Part shown: positions 38,138-52,700 of the stretch, piece after piece | Layout: every line of letters begins with the position of its first letter | Position numbering within the stretch: position 1 is the first letter of the stretch | DNA from: Balanoglossus misakiensis | Lineage: Eukaryota > Animalia > Hemichordata | Assembly: GCA_040954595.2 (NCBI GenBank) | Contig: CM082581.2 | Span: 12,398,286 to 12,462,285 of the forward strand | Length of the DNA stretch: 64,000 nt | Reading direction: 5' to 3' | Position numbers and translations under genes: made by a program | Notes under the pieces: generated by a model | Database searches by the model: none | What the model was told of the DNA's origin: nothing | Seen by the model: the letters and a program-made list of their open reading frames with translations, nothing else

Positions 38138-39475
38138 TAGTCAACAGACCCATACAGGGCCAGGTCTGCAGGGGTCACATGCTCCCAGGTAGGTATGAGG
38201 TTCCTACGTGTCTGCTTGCCTGTGTGTCTCATGCAAAGCATATGTAAATTATGCAAATGAGCCAGCATATGAAAGACAGGGCACAAGGCCGCGCGTGTTG
38301 ATGTTTTGACCAGACACAATAACCATCCAGACGTGTAAATATCCCCATGCGATAAGCAAGGTTGTCAACAAGGCCAAGTGCCTCTATCTTGGTTGGGTCT
38401 TGCAGCATTTGCTTGTGTTTCATGCATGTAAAGATACGAGAGAGGCACAGCAGCGTCCAGCTCCAGACATGTGTCCTTCAACCCTACCCCGATCGGTGTC
38501 ACTTAGGTTAGATGCATTTGGTATAAACAACAGTGAACCCAAGTTCAACCAAAATTTGTTATTGTAAGGTCAGGGGAAACATCTGCTGGAACAGAGACCT
38601 GGATTTTATTTAGAACATGTATTATGCATATTCTCTGTAAATTTTCAGTGGTGTCAACTGCTTAAAAATGTAGCAATTTTTTTTCAACAAATATCATTTT
38701 GTGATTTATTCTGAGGGCTGGAAATAAATGTAAATATTGGTTTGATAAAACTAAAAATTTATCAGGATGTAGTTCCTTTATTGTATAAAGATTCTGCAAT
38801 TAAACTCAAGCTTTATGATGTCACAAATACTTTGTCTCCACTGTTGCTTGCAGTGTAAATTTTGTATTTACATGTATATTCAACCAAATGTGTCCAAATT
38901 GGAACAGTGGCCTCAATTTCAGGGGTCAATCAACCCAGGCACCAATTCCATTCGCCAGTGTTCTGACGAGTTTACACTGTCCTGGAAATGTGTATTCAAA
39001 AAAATTATCACACACACACTGTTAATTGCATGAAAAATTTTTTAATATAAAACATCCGTGTTGTGCCATGTGCAACACCAACAAAGACACTAGACTACAT
39101 TGGAGTTTATATACATATGTACAATCAAAAATGTCTCTTTATACACACAAGTGTTTGTAAAACGCGTAGACATCACATATTGTGCTTGTGGTCAACGCCT
39201 TTCACTTTTTTTTGTCCGTGAAGAGCTGCTTTATTCACGTGTATAGTCCTTGGAGATGTGTACGTGTTGCGTTAACGGTTATGCAAATTGCAATCTACAT
39301 GTTGCAATCAGTGCACGCGCGCGCGTACGCGCCCTGTGCCATGTCGATTTCACAGCTGCCAGCTCAGCTAGCTGATGGCAGATGATGACTGAGGTACGGA
39401 ACAATTTTGTCCACGACAAAATATCCATTCGGCCAAAGCCTTTGACGAATAAAAACATGTTCTTTTCCAGTATAT

Positions 39476-40396
39476 TCACCAATAAGGCAAATCCGATTCT
39501 CCCGCTGTAGACTTCCAGTACGAGAACCCGCTCCACTCAACATGTGAGCTTATTCGGAGATCCCGATAATCATCCTCCATCTGCTCTTGTTGTGATACCG
39601 TTTTCCACTCTTCAGAAGTGACTTTGTAGTTGTTCCCATTGTTGCTGTCCCAGTAACTTTGTCCGTTGGCTTCAAAGCAGACACAGAATTCAATGTTCTT
39701 TGTATTTGAATTTGGGGAGATCTCGAACTCGAACGAGAATGTGTCGTATTTTTCTGGGGTCGTGCTCTCCAGTCCAAACGCATAACTCGGAGGCGAATAA
39801 ATTGCCATGATGTCCTTGTGTGTTTCCCAGTCATCGAGTGACATTCTGATTTTCACACTTTTCTCGAAGGCTAAGTTACGTACCTTCACGGTCCCCATGA
39901 TAGTATTCGAGTCTTTGATGATAACGTTTTCGAGACCCACATTCTCCCTCTCTAACTTTTCTCTGAACTCAAGATAGTTCGATGCTGGCTGTTCAAAGTC
40001 AATGATGAAGTTGGTTGCCAGTGATGACGGTTCAGGGGTTTCGTCGCGGATCAGGTCACCGATTGCTTGGATGTTGAGAGCTGGTGGCATGTCGCTCGGT
40101 TCTTGCATTATACGTACCGACGTCAGGGAAAGTCCTTTGCTGTCGGCGAACGAAACTCTCTTCTTGATTTTCGATTTCGTGCATGGAGGTTGTGCGGGAT
40201 TGGCTTCAGCGAGTGAATTCATGACATTCTCCCTCTTCTCCAGTTCTGAACTCAAACAAGACCGCAGCCTGGCATGTCTGGAAGCGACATAGTTGAGATG
40301 TGATTTCAAACCAGTGAACTCATACTGATTTCTAATGTAAAAGTTGTGAGTTGGCGGGTTTGAGTTCAGCAAAAATAATGAACAGTCGACAGGCAT
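39476..40396 (-). CDS. PP1 glycogen-targeting subunit (PPP1R3B/C-like), intronless CDS
   Basis: RVxF motif KKRVSFADSKGLSL, and CBM21 motifs GTVKVRNLAFEKSVKIR and EFCVCF...YWDSNNGNNY. Confidence 0.93.
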   Translation of the reverse strand: MPVDCSLFLLNSNPPTHNFYIRNQYEFTGLKSHLNYVASRHARLRSCLSSELEKRENVMNSLAEANPAQPPCTKSKIKKRVSFADSKGLSLTSVRIMQEPSDMPPALNIQAIGDLIRDETPEPSSLATNFIIDFEQPASNYLEFREKLERENVGLENVIIKDSNTIMGTVKVRNLAFEKSVKIRMSLDDWETHKDIMAIYSPPSYAFGLESTTPEKYDTFSFEFEISPNSNTKNIEFCVCFEANGQSYWDSNNGNNYKVTSEEWKTVSQQEQMEDDYRDLRISSHVEWSGFSYWKSTAGESDLPYW

Positions 40397-42311
40397 CTTC
40401 GATGTTCCCGATTCTTGTTGCCGTGGAAATATTGTTGACGCCGTCGATATAACAATCGCTCGAAAAAAAAATCTTCAAATCAAACGTATGATATGGTGGC
40501 TGTGTCACGTAACGCCTTGCTAGTGCTCGTCTATCGAAACGTCTGTCACCCGGAGATGACAGAGCCCATGGCTAGACTTGGCATTGCAACATCGATACAG
40601 CATTCCGACCGTTTACTGACCAAGCGTGTGTCGATTAGAAGATAGGCAGAGGGATTTCGGGCTAACGATGACGGAATAATTTTTAAAATTAGCATACCTG
40701 GACTATTTCATTTCATCCAGTGGGTTATAGCTGAAATCTATGGCGTCAACCTCATAAACTTATACGCCAAAAGTTCACCAAGAGAGGGCGCACAGCAGGC
40801 CATACGGAAACGTCAATCATTATTTTAGAGTGCTAGGCAACGACGAAAGAAGGGACGAGATAGAGAAAAAGACTCAACAAGAAAACTCTATATTACACAT
40901 TTATTAATCTAATATGTTTGGGATTGGAAAATACATTTCAAGGTAGTCTATTTCTGACTTTTTATAATGTGTTCTTGGCAAAATACTAGTATTTCTCTAT
41001 GGAATATACAAAGTTCTTGGACACAAAAAGAAAGTGGTGATATAAGTTTTTCTACTTTGAAATGGCATTTTTCTTTCATAAGTTTGCAATTCTTTTTTGC
41101 AAAAAATAGGGAAGTATCAAACTTCTCAAATTGTACTTTATAATATACAAAATTTACTAGTAACTGCACTAATTTTCTTGTTTTTTTCTAAAACTCTCTC
41201 ATCACCTGTGACCACTCCAACATACACATCAAAGGTATTTCAGAAAATATACAGATATCAATCTTTCTGTAGAAATAAATCTTTTGTGACTCTGTGAGGG
41301 CTACATGTCTATTTCGCCCCCAGCTGTATGAGCAGAATTGATGAAAAGTTAGTCTGGAAGCACGGGAACACTAGTTTTATCTTTATTGGCCACAACAAAT
41401 CTTCCCTACATCACAGTTGTCTGTGAATATTAACCCCTTTACCAAGATGGTTTGGTCCAAATCCAAAGAATGTCTCAAGAAATCAGAAATTTGGGATTTA
41501 CATATAAAGTTTTGTCTAGCCATATTTGTAAATATTAAAGAGAAAAAAATATGTGTCTAATAATAAGTAAAGTTACTGAACTCTAGATGTTTCTTGTAAA
41601 TATGATGAGATTTCACATTCAATATTGACAGTTAAACAGAATTGGGAATTGAAACTTTTGATAGTCTTTCTTTCTCAAGCAAAAATGTTACGCCATGTCA
41701 TATATGCTGGCATGTTTATTTCACTTAATTTTTAGTTCTAAAAAATGTTAATAATATCAAAGAACTTTGATAAAGAAAATTTAAATATCTATTTTCTACA
41801 TGTGACACCAATGCAGTAAAGAACATTAAAATTGGTGTCTACAGAGAATAATACGTGTTACAACACAATACTTGTACTTGTAGCAGGTAAACTGTTGTAT
41901 GTGAAACTCATATTTATAAGTTATGTTAAATATTTAGTGATAGGAATGTTCAAACTCAAATAAGAAATGTCTATAATTTTAAGAAAAAGACAGAAAATGA
42001 AGTTTGGAAGAGCTAGTACTGGCCACCAGCTTTAAACCTCAAAAAGAAATTGTAATATTAATAATGCCAAGATTATAGATGTCTAAATTTTACAATTCTA
42101 AAATCAAGTACCATGTACTTTTCAGGTGTATCCTCAACCAGTATCCTAAAACTTACTGTGACAGAAAACTGAAGATATCCATTGCAAACCAAACACCACC
42201 CGGCCGTCTTTGCTGATGTACCAAGCAGGAGAATCTTTAAACAACACTAATAAATATTTTTTTGACCTTTTCGCTATATAAAAATGCATCTTCTTGCAGA
42301 GAGAGCCAACA

Positions 42312-45311
42312 TTAACTGAGCTTGCCAAGTTCTGCTTTCTTGAAGACGGCAGCTGCTGTGAAAATCATGGAGTCAATTATGCCAGCGACTGTGAAGGTTC
42401 CTCCAACAATGGCACAAATCTGTCAAATGAGAAGATGGACAGAAGATCGAGTCATGAAAAACAAGGGCACAGAGCAAGTCATATGTGAACTCATGAGGGC
42501 GCTCTAACGTATCGTGACAATTCAACTAAATCAGGCAGAACCAACTAGAAGACTCAGAACCTCTTTCTCCTCAAGATGATAAGTGGCGATGAAGAAATTG
42601 TAAAAAACCAACAACACTAAAAGATCAGCAGATTTCAAACAGGACATACCGTTGTTATGAATGTATAAAATGGAGCTCTTGTCTCATGGTACTTCACTGT
42701 GATCGCACTAATGTCATAGCGGAACCAGATCGCAGGTAAGACTCTATGGCCATGGCCAAAAGAAACGTAATCCTGGAATTGAAGAATATAGATAAGACAT
42801 TGATTAGCTTCAAGACGGCAGACACTGTATATACTGAAGTTAGCCACCTCGTCCCAGCTAATGACTAAACTATGTGTGAAACTCACCTTGTATGCATATG
42901 TATATTGGTAGGAAATGTTGGTCTGTCCCCACACGTCTTCATAAACCGTTGGTACTATTTTCATGTAGTAATCATGTGATGATTCCGCTGAAAAAGAAAA
43001 GGAAATACAAGTTATTAGGGCACTGCCCCATAATACTGAAGTAAAGTTTAAAAAAATACTCACGAAAAATAAAATCACTTACCTCTTCCTCCAGTTTTGT
43101 CTCTCTCAGCGAGGGCATTGAAACTTGCGTGTGAACTTAAACTCAAATTCTGTTGAAAAAGAAAGAATATTTAAAATGGTGTTCGCAGGTAATGAGTATA
43201 AATTCATATCACTATCAGAGGTGCATTTCCTTCACTCGAATACAAAAGTTTCATGGAATACCATTCTTGTAGATAACAACATACAGATCAACTTACTTTT
43301 AAATCATCTCCAAAGCTGACTTCGTGAATAACATGAGAGAAATCAGGAGTCGCGGGCTGTCGTTGTCCCGATGCGTGGGTCGAAACATGAAAATTACCAG
43401 GTACCTGGTGAAAAAAGCACAAGGCAGATGTATTTATTAGCCTGAATCGGGCACAGAAGAAAACTTCTGCATGATGTCAAAGGTCACCAGGGGGTTCAGA
43501 GGGTTAAAGTAACTAACAGCTACAGGATATACCTACCTTGTTAACTTTGAACTTGGCTTGAAACCTGCATCCTGTGTTGTCATTCAGGGGGACTTTGTCT
43601 GTGTCTTCCAAAAACCCTACTTCATGTCTGCCCATGTCGTCTTGAATGTCCAAACCAATAACTGAAATATGAAACATCAAAGAGGAGGTGATGATGATGA
43701 AGATGATGAAGATCATGATGATGGGTCTCTTGGTAACTGTATCTCTGTTACCCACACCCAAACCACATCTAACAACATGGCCGTCCAAAGTATGACACGC
43801 ATATAGTGTACTGTTGCAGTATCAGTATTTATGGAACGAAACAGGCTGAGGCATGACATGTACATGTATATGGAAAACTGTGAATAAAACAGCCAGACAG
43901 CCATTTCACTGAATTGTCGCGTGACATCAATCATTCAATATTTAAGCCAAGGTGCTGAATGCTTTGAAATATATCCATTGAGGTGTCTCTAACAATAAGA
44001 TGAGCATATTGTGAACAAAAACCAATATGGCCGACACACGGCTAGCTGCATGATCCATATGTTGCATTGTGCTCGGAAAACACAAAGTGGCTAACACAAG
44101 CGACTCACAAGGCCTTGCCTATGGGCCAGATTTAAAAGAAATATGACTTGCACATCTGAGAAAAGGGTGAAGATTGAAGCAAAAACAGAGCAATGTATGA
44201 AACAAAACTCACGTCCCCCCCCCCCCCCCCCTTTCATCAGTGCCTGTGGGGACAGAAATAGCACTACAACATTTCTATACTTACATTCACATTTTAATTT
44301 TGGTAATGATATATTCAGCCTTACATTCAACTTTTCAATTTCTCCTGGATTATCCACATACAATTCACTTCTCCTGCAATAGCAAATATAAAGAAAACAG
44401 CACATCATAATGTATCATGTATGACTGGATCAAGAATATTTTTCCAAATGTGGGTAATTCAACCACGATGACACATCTAAAGCCGTCCTCCAGTGGTGAT
44501 TTCTATCTTCAACAGAAGATGGATGGTGGCCATAAAAATACTATTAAATACAACAGAATCTTTTTTAAGTGTTGTAGAATACTTACACATCCGGTGATAT
44601 GAACGAGGTGAATTCTGACAATAAAAGGAACACGATAAAGATGGCACTGCAGATAGACACTGTGGATTAGACAGACAAAAAATGATGGTCACTCATACAT
44701 CTGTCATGCAGAGGTTTAACATAACCACATAAACTTTAAGTTCCATTATTGATGTTTCTAAAACAACTCCAAATTATAAAACCTTGCTCACCCATTGCCC
44801 CAGCCATCGTGGGCTGGGTCAGATCTTTTGGTATCTTCCGATACACATCGAACCTAGAAAAACAAGCAATAAAACATAATAGTGAATTAAGGGAGTATTT
44901 TTATACCAGCAAAATATAACCATTACATCATCGGGATGCGTTCTGTGTTGACAGCTGTCAGGATTTTCAGGGGTCATGAACCTGCCCGACACGTGTACGT
45001 CAGCCATATCTATGATCAGTTTGTAAACAGTACCATATTTTATAGGTCACTGGAAAGCGCGACACGTTTCAATCACAGCATGCATGGACAAACCAGTGCT
45101 GGACTGAGATTGCAATATGTCCATCTCTCCGTGATCGAATCCGAGAACACAATCACCGGCACATAAGTGATCAGCGCACACTTTTGAGAAACCTCCCACA
45201 CAAACACTCGACATAGAAACAGCTGGGCCCGTCACAACCATAATGAACACATATATGAAACCCTTGTGATACGGCTTATGAACATGCTTACCTGCGGACA
45301 TCGAACGGCAT
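42312..45311 (-). CDS. ERGIC1: ER-Golgi intermediate compartment protein 1 (ERGIC-32), about 10 exons
   Basis: MPFDVRR|FDVYRKIPKDLTQPT, ELYVDNP, GLDIQDDMGRHEVG, NKVPGNFHVSTH, SHDYYMKIVPTVYED, PAIWFRYD, ICAIVGGTFTVAGIIDS...KAELGKLS; ATG at 45311-45309, TAA at 42314-42312. Confidence 0.95.
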
Positions 45312-45892
45312 GTTGTCAGTCTGTCTTTCCTACGAACAACCCAGGTTGTCAAATTATTATATACTAACTTGATCAGGTCAAAAAGTGAAATTAATTCACC
45401 GGTTCACTTGTGAACGTTTTGCTGATTACCACGCATGCTCAACACATGGAGGATTTTGATTGGGTAAAAAGACAAGTGGGTTTCAGGGTGCTTCCGGGTT
45501 TACACGTCGACAAAAACATAAATATACGCACGTGCTTTGCATTGCAGACATGAAATCTAAGCTTAGAACTGGGAATCAGAGACAGAAGGTTAGGTGGGGT
45601 GTTTTTATCTGACGTTTCATGCCAAGCATTTACAAAAGGTCGTGCCACGAACGCCTAACCAAGTGTAAAAAAAACTAACTTGATGACAGAAAGTGGACAA
45701 ACTTTCTCTTGCAAGTGCATGTACATACGCCTAACTGGAATGAAACTTCGAAAGAGCTAGGATGTGATATGTCACCGATCACCGTAATTGGATATTTCTA
45801 AGTTCTAAAAAGTCCGTCTTGGACATCAATTCCGCTCAAGCGTGGAGACTATCTATGGCATTTATTTGGCAGTGTGAGGATGATCTCATGAA

Positions 45893-45910
45893 TAGCACCC
45901 TCTAGTGGCC
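45893..45910 (-). promoter_or_regulatory. CTCF-like motif between ERGIC1 and DUSP
   Basis: GGCCACTAGAGGGTGCTA resembles the CTCF core consensus. Confidence 0.55.
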
Positions 45911-48869
45911 GGGGCAGCGGAATCAAGTCAGTCTAAACATGTTTTTAAGCATGAACAGATCAACACGAAAAGGCCGTATTAAACGGGGGCGTACTTGTAC
46001 TCTACTGTAAAATTTATGGCCCCAATGTTTGTTTACTGCTGTAAAACAGGAAATATGTAATGGCAAGTTATTTTACGGGCGATTACATTCTTAGTTTCGC
46101 CTTGAAAGGTGTGGATCCGTGATGACAGGGAGATAATAGCTAGAGAAGATAAACTTGCACGCCTGTTCATTTGATGAACGTGGCGTGAAGACAGACGGAA
46201 AAGGGGGAGTGATGTAGGACGACAAAGACTGCGTATCACTCTGACCGTAACTCATTAACCCGTTGTCGTAAGACCATGAATTTACCACGACATACGGACT
46301 GCGTAGGCTTTATGCAACACCACATCCGGGAATATAAAACAGCACGCGAATATTTGCAATTGCAATGGTAGGGAGACCGGGGAGGCATATCGAAAATATG
46401 TAGTTGATCTATTTCTACTGTCTATAGTTTATCTTTGGTCACAGCTAGCGGGGGGGGGGGGTTATTTTATGTTGAAGCATAGACTCTATGGTTGAAGTTG
46501 CTCACGCCAAGACTCGCCCAACACATGTAGCATATCCCTCAGCGGCTCAGTATGGGAGTTGTCACATCAACAACAGTTCACACGTGATATCCGCTCTCGA
46601 ACGTACTACGGCGAAGAGGTGCGACGCATTGGAACCGTTTTGTCATTATGCGACTGTGAAAATATGTTTTTTGATTTCTGAAAATATCTTTTTTCAGGGC
46701 CATTCCCACCTCTCCGCACAGAACGTTCGAGAGCGGATGTCACTTGTGGCGCTGTTGCCATTATTATCATCATATCGTGCATCATGGCAAGGGTTTCGCC
46801 GGCGGAAGAAAGCCACTACAGATATCGACTCCAAGATGCTGTGATGAAAAGCCGGATGTGGAAGCACAGAACAACACGCGAACAAGTCATATATATACAT
46901 GTAGTAATTAAGCATAATTATTCTGGAATTATAAAGAAGACAATATTCAAGGTCTACATGCTTGCGTCTTTCTTGAAGGTAGATTGAAGTAAAAGCGGCG
47001 ACAAGAGCGCAGAAATCCTGTTGGCGGTGTTTATTTTTACTCTCCGCGTTTGTGTTAATACCTGTATGCGGGGTGATGACGAATTTACCACAAATAACCC
47101 CAAAAACGGGGAGTTTCGCACGTACTATGTCTACACCGCTGGAAGCAACGGGATACTATATGTTTTGGCTATTTTTAGTATACTTTTTATAAGTATATAT
47201 AGGTTTTCTTGTTCTCCTCACAATTTTATCCCAAGATGGCCATCTCCAGCTCGTCAAAAAGTCGTCTATATGTGTACGCACTACAAAGTATATTGTTATT
47301 GCGGAATAAATGCATTGAAGTCTTAAATACAATTTTTAACAATTGTTATCATGCCGAATATTCGCACATGGACAATGTTGAGAAGATATGAACACTTGGT
47401 GCTGCTAAAGAGAGCCGAACATGAAACCATACGGTTTATACACAGTTAAAAACTGAAGAAAAAAATTAGTCCAAAGTTATAGATAATGGAGCTTTTAAGA
47501 CTCTTGTACCATACGGTTGTTTGTAAAATGTAGTCGACACCTATATTTTTAGTCCGCGGCAGAGTTTTAGACTGGTCCTGATAAGCACACCAATGCGGAG
47601 GATCGAAACGAATTTAGTTTGTGAAGCTCAAATTTTGAAAATTAGTAATTATGTTTCATGGTATTTTCTGTACGTGCTCTCAGTACGCCATCGCAAACTC
47701 GTTTCTTCCCGTTTCACCGAAAAGGAAACGAAAGTGACATTAAAGTGTTTTTATGGTTTCGGGGGACTGTTTCGCGGCGGCGTTTTGGCGATGAAGGTAA
47801 GAGGGGATGACCCCTTTTCCCATCTGTACACGTATATTTCGGACGTACACAATGGTGCGATCTAAACCGTTTACATGTATTTAGCAGCAGTAATTGACCG
47901 AAAATAACTGTGATCACAGCAGCGAATACGAAATTGCCTGGAAACGAGTGGGTGGGGTGTTGAAACTCCATGAGGGGGATGCCCTGTTCTGATAATTTTG
48001 GGGGTATACCCTGGTGGGAGTATGATAGCGTTGGCTTCAAATTTGGAGTCCTTTTATTTGTCCGCCGTTCGATTCTTCATCCCCACCTCCTCATCTTCTT
48101 AAAACTCGTCTTTTGTGTACGGCCAAAATTCCACCGAAGCATGAAACCGCGTAACGTTCGTTATGCACCTGTGACCTACCGGGTTAAAGTTTGCTCCACG
48201 CGAAATTCTACTCTATTTCAATATAGCAGTTATGTAAAAGTCTACCCACGGTCTGTCGGTACAACAAATTGAATGGTTTAAAGCCCCGACGATAAATGAC
48301 AGACAAGCCTTGAGTACGTTATTTTGAGTGGGACTGTGTCACATTTCCCGAGTTCCTAAAAAACGATGCTACAGTATGATCAACGTCCCAAATATGGTCA
48401 CTCCACAACAAGTGATGCGGCGATTCTTTTGGTACAAATGTACCCCCATGTGTGGAGTAACCGCCGACTTGAAACGCAGAACTTGGCCCGTATCCGCGCG
48501 AAAAACTGCTTGTATAATTCACACTGTTAATGAAAATATGCAGCTGATTAATTTCCCAAACCAGATAGTCTGTTTATATCAGCAATACGCTTATACGTGT
48601 ATTATATTTTGATACAGACTAACGACTTTATAGAAATAATCATCGGTTAAACCATATGTTAGAAACAGACGACCCGCCCGACTTCATGATGTAGAAGAGG
48701 ACGGGGGCCACAGTTTATAGCATACACCACAGCCCACATGCCACTGTGGCCTACACGTGTATCTTGCTCATGACCACCACTTTGGAAATGACTCTGAGAG
48801 ACGGGAATTTCTGCGCTTCCGATGACCGGACGGCAGCAATACATGTTAGCGGACCACTCTCCTTTGTTG

Positions 48870-49640
48870 TTAAAACCCATAACTTCCGTTATAGCAGCAG
48901 TTTTTAAGAAATAATCCGAATCATTTTAATAATCGAGTAGGCCAGATACTGAGTCAGGCCCACCGCTTCCTATGACGTTCCTTTTGAACTTGGCTGTTCG
49001 TGGTAAAATGTTGAAATAAAAAATAATATTTCCGATAACTGTAGGCGTTTTGAAATGAACATGTCTGTATCTTACTTTATTTGACTTGGTGAATTCTTGT
49101 TGATCAACTGAAGCGCGCTCAAAACCATGAATTTGAAATTTACCGTACAAGGAAAACAGAGAACAAAGCATGGCGTTTTGTGAATGAAACGGATGACAAA
49201 ACAATTTAAATATGAATAACTTTGCAAGTGACATGCTTTGTGACGTCACGGGGCATATTAGTAATTAGCCTTATGACTGTTGATATAGATATATCAATCC
49301 GCCTTATTATACGATCGATGTCAGTATTGATCGCAAGTGAAATTCATACATTTGAATACCGAAAGCTATTCTGCATATCATTTTATCGAACTGATATTCT
49401 TTGAAGTCACAGAAATTTTTATCTAGTAAAATTTTAGCTTTCAGTGCGGGAACTATTTTAAGTGAGTGAGTATTGTTATCACTTCCGATAGGGTGTGAGG
49501 GGACTGCAAATGAATATTTATAAGTAGATGAGCCCATTCATGCTATTTCATTCATTCACAACTTGCGTATCAGGCGGGAAGCTTTGTTCAGTGATTTGAC
49601 TACGACTAACGGGAACTGTATTGGCTGAGTCACCACCAGT
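48870..49640 (+). promoter_or_regulatory. Immediate-early-type promoter of the DUSP gene
   Basis: Full CRE TGACGTCA at 49241-49248, AP-1 TGAGTCA at about 48950 and 49626, ETS-like ACTTCCG at about 48882 and 49480, TATA-like TTTATAAG at about 49517, Inr-like TCATTC about 30 bp downstream. Confidence 0.6.
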
Positions 49641-49722
49641 TATAAACAGTAAACATTTTTAGCATCTTACGAACCCAACTCTCGGACTTCAAAACACAAG
49701 AAGCGGGTGCGAACACTGCATT

Positions 49723-52700
49723 ATGAGGCTTACCAACATGAGTAACGATCAGAAAATTATCTTGTCCGTACAAACCAGTTCACTCGCCTCGGCTCTGCAG
49801 AAAAGCATGGACTCGATGTTATTGCTCGACTGCCGACCGTTTCTCGCGTACAACTCGCATCACATCAGCACGGCGCAGAACATCCACTGCCCGACGATCC
49901 TGAAGCGTCGCTCGAAGGGGACAGTCGCCATCGAAAACGTCGTGCCGTGCAAAGACAGTCGAGAGAAACTGCTCAACGGAGGATACACCATGATTGTTGC
50001 GTACGATGATGACACGGAGGAGTTGGAAACGCTTGGCCAGGATTCCACTTTGAAATTAATATTACGGAGCCTAGTAAACGAGGACTCAATAACTGTCGAT
50101 CTGTATTTCCTAAGGGGTAAGTTCACATAAAATATACACTGGTACCTCCATGTTTGGCCAGTCATGCATATCATATCACGAACATATTCAGTGTTAGGCC
50201 TATTTGTTTTTTTTTTGTGTGTGTGTCGCATAGTATTATTTGAAACCATCCTCGCAAAACTATATTTTTTATGCCAGTATTTTTTATGATTAGGTCACCC
50301 GCAAAAGCCTAGTTTTTATTTTAACAACTTTCCGTTCCGCGCGAAAACCTGTATTACCCGTTTAAAACACAGACAATAATTTCCATGCCAAAGCACTGCA
50401 TTGAATGTAATATATATTTAGATAAAAGACTTGTGAGATATCGCGCGCGCTTTATTAAAATATGAGAGCAGAAGGGGCGGGGTGACTCCATTTGTATTCA
50501 AATTAGGGCGTTTCTTTTATACCACCACCACTACACACGCGCGAACGCAACTGCTGTCGTGTTTGCTCCAGTGACTAAGAGCCACGGTCGGTTTCGCTTC
50601 AAATTTATCTCGAAAGTCGAACACTCTTATTTCTGACGTGTTGAGACAACCAGATGCCAAGTGGAAGGGTCTCATGATTATGCGAAAAAATAATAATGTA
50701 AAGGAATCCGCGCGTTTTGTCCAATCACGTTGCTGTATTTTTGTTATTGGTAGACACGTGTTTAATAAATTTTGCGCGCGCAGAGACATGTGATTATGTT
50801 GAACGGAATGCATCGTAACAAACGAATATGGAATGTCTACACTAGTGTTTCCAGGTGAATTGCATGTAATTCGTGGAGCTACCACATGTAGCGTGGACGT
50901 CGCGTATTTGAAATGAACACAACAAACGCGCGGCGGATATCAACAAAACAGACGCGTACGCGCGTTTAAATGGCCCAGCCCCGTCCGCCCACGCAGTCAT
51001 CTACTGAACACAATGGACATTTTGAGCGCATATGGTGATTAGCGCGACGCGTTCATCCGAGAATCATCGACTACAAAATATTACCCTCTTGTAACGATGG
51101 CATTTCCGCAATTATCACACATTGTCTGAATGTATTAGAACCTTTCACCAAGTATTGTCGCAGCTGACATAAACGTCGAGGCAAACTAATGATATTCATA
51201 AACTCACGTGTGTGTCGTTCCGATAACATGCTTTTCAGAAATAGGAAAATAATTTTATGGTCATTTTTATGTATCAGAACATGTCTTCAGTTATGATGTC
51301 GTCAAGTAATTTCAAGTCTCGCGTGATTTTGCTTATTTAGTTTTTTATCGTGGAAATTACAATTTTGACTTCAACGTTGACGTGCCCGGTGGGTTTAACC
51401 ACACATATTATTTTCATTGGCCTAAGCTACCGACAGTGTTACCCTATTAGTTGAAATTGATTTTTTATCTTTCAAACCGTTGTCTCTCGGGGATTGTCTT
51501 TGAACGGCTAGGGATGGACATATGCGAACACAAAGATGACGCCCTGGTATATAATCCGTACGTTGGCACGCTTAGTTGATCACCCACGCTCATGATATAT
51601 GTTACAGAGTACTGTAATACTTTAATTCAAAAAAGGTGATACATAGGTCACCATTGCGATATAAATGTGTCGCCACATTTCAACTGATTATGACGGATCG
51701 TAATCTGCCATATTAAAAAGATTAAAAATCACAAAATACTGCTGAAATCTGACCCTTATCGTTGATGCTAACCTCCTTACTGAGACACGTTTTATCATAT
51801 ATTCGCCGATTTGCGATAATTAGCCTACTGATTCTCAGTGTTCGTCAAGGGAAAGTCATTCTAGTGTGAAAAATTCTACCTCATCCCGATCCCCGTGGCT
51901 TGAGCATCACGGGGTACGTTTTTTACTTCCGTTTGGACATCTCAGACTTGTTTGTGTGTGTCTGGTTCGACTGCCAAGTTAGGTTTCACATCTGTCACCA
52001 ACAATGGAGGAAATAAAACGCTGAGAATAAACACAGAAAGTCGGAAGAGCCGTTATTGTACATCGTCATTTGGAAATAATGAGGCACACGTGGTCGTTGT
52101 ATAGACACTTCCGGTGTTCTGAACAATAAAAATCATTTTAATCATCGTGAACACCATTTCCACAAAGAAATAATCATAACTAACCCATTTAACACCAACA
52201 AATCTGACAATACAGTTTCAAACAATAAGCATTCCATTCATCAGTACAAGAACTTCCCCGCCACCGCCGCATTATGCGTGATTTCTATTATTTCATCATT
52301 AATTAGTTCCGGTCACTTCAATTAGCGTTTATCAATCACCCAATCATATCAATGCTATTGAGATCTCCAAATACCCACATCCGACAGTGATACTATAGGG
52401 TGACGGGTTCCTTTATGTCCTGGTGGCTTTCCGTTGTTTGATTATATGGTAGTTCGAAAATGAAAAGTCTTTATGACGGAAATTCATATTCCGGGCATTA
52501 AACATAATACATTGTATCTGTATCATATCTATGACGTGTTCAGACGTGTCTTCAGTGGAATAGAAACGCCAACTCCCACCACTGAAATTTTGAACAGGAC
52601 ACAGTCCTATGGATTACGGAGAATGGTTCTGTACAATGTACCGTAGTATCAAATTGTGAAAACAATTTCGGTATTTTAAAACAATATTGTGGTTTCCACT

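Noticed and set aside
45400-49500. Short ORFs between ERGIC1 and DUSP, and similar ones within the DUSP intron
   Set aside because: No recognisable domains or consistent splice structure; lengths are in the range expected by chance.
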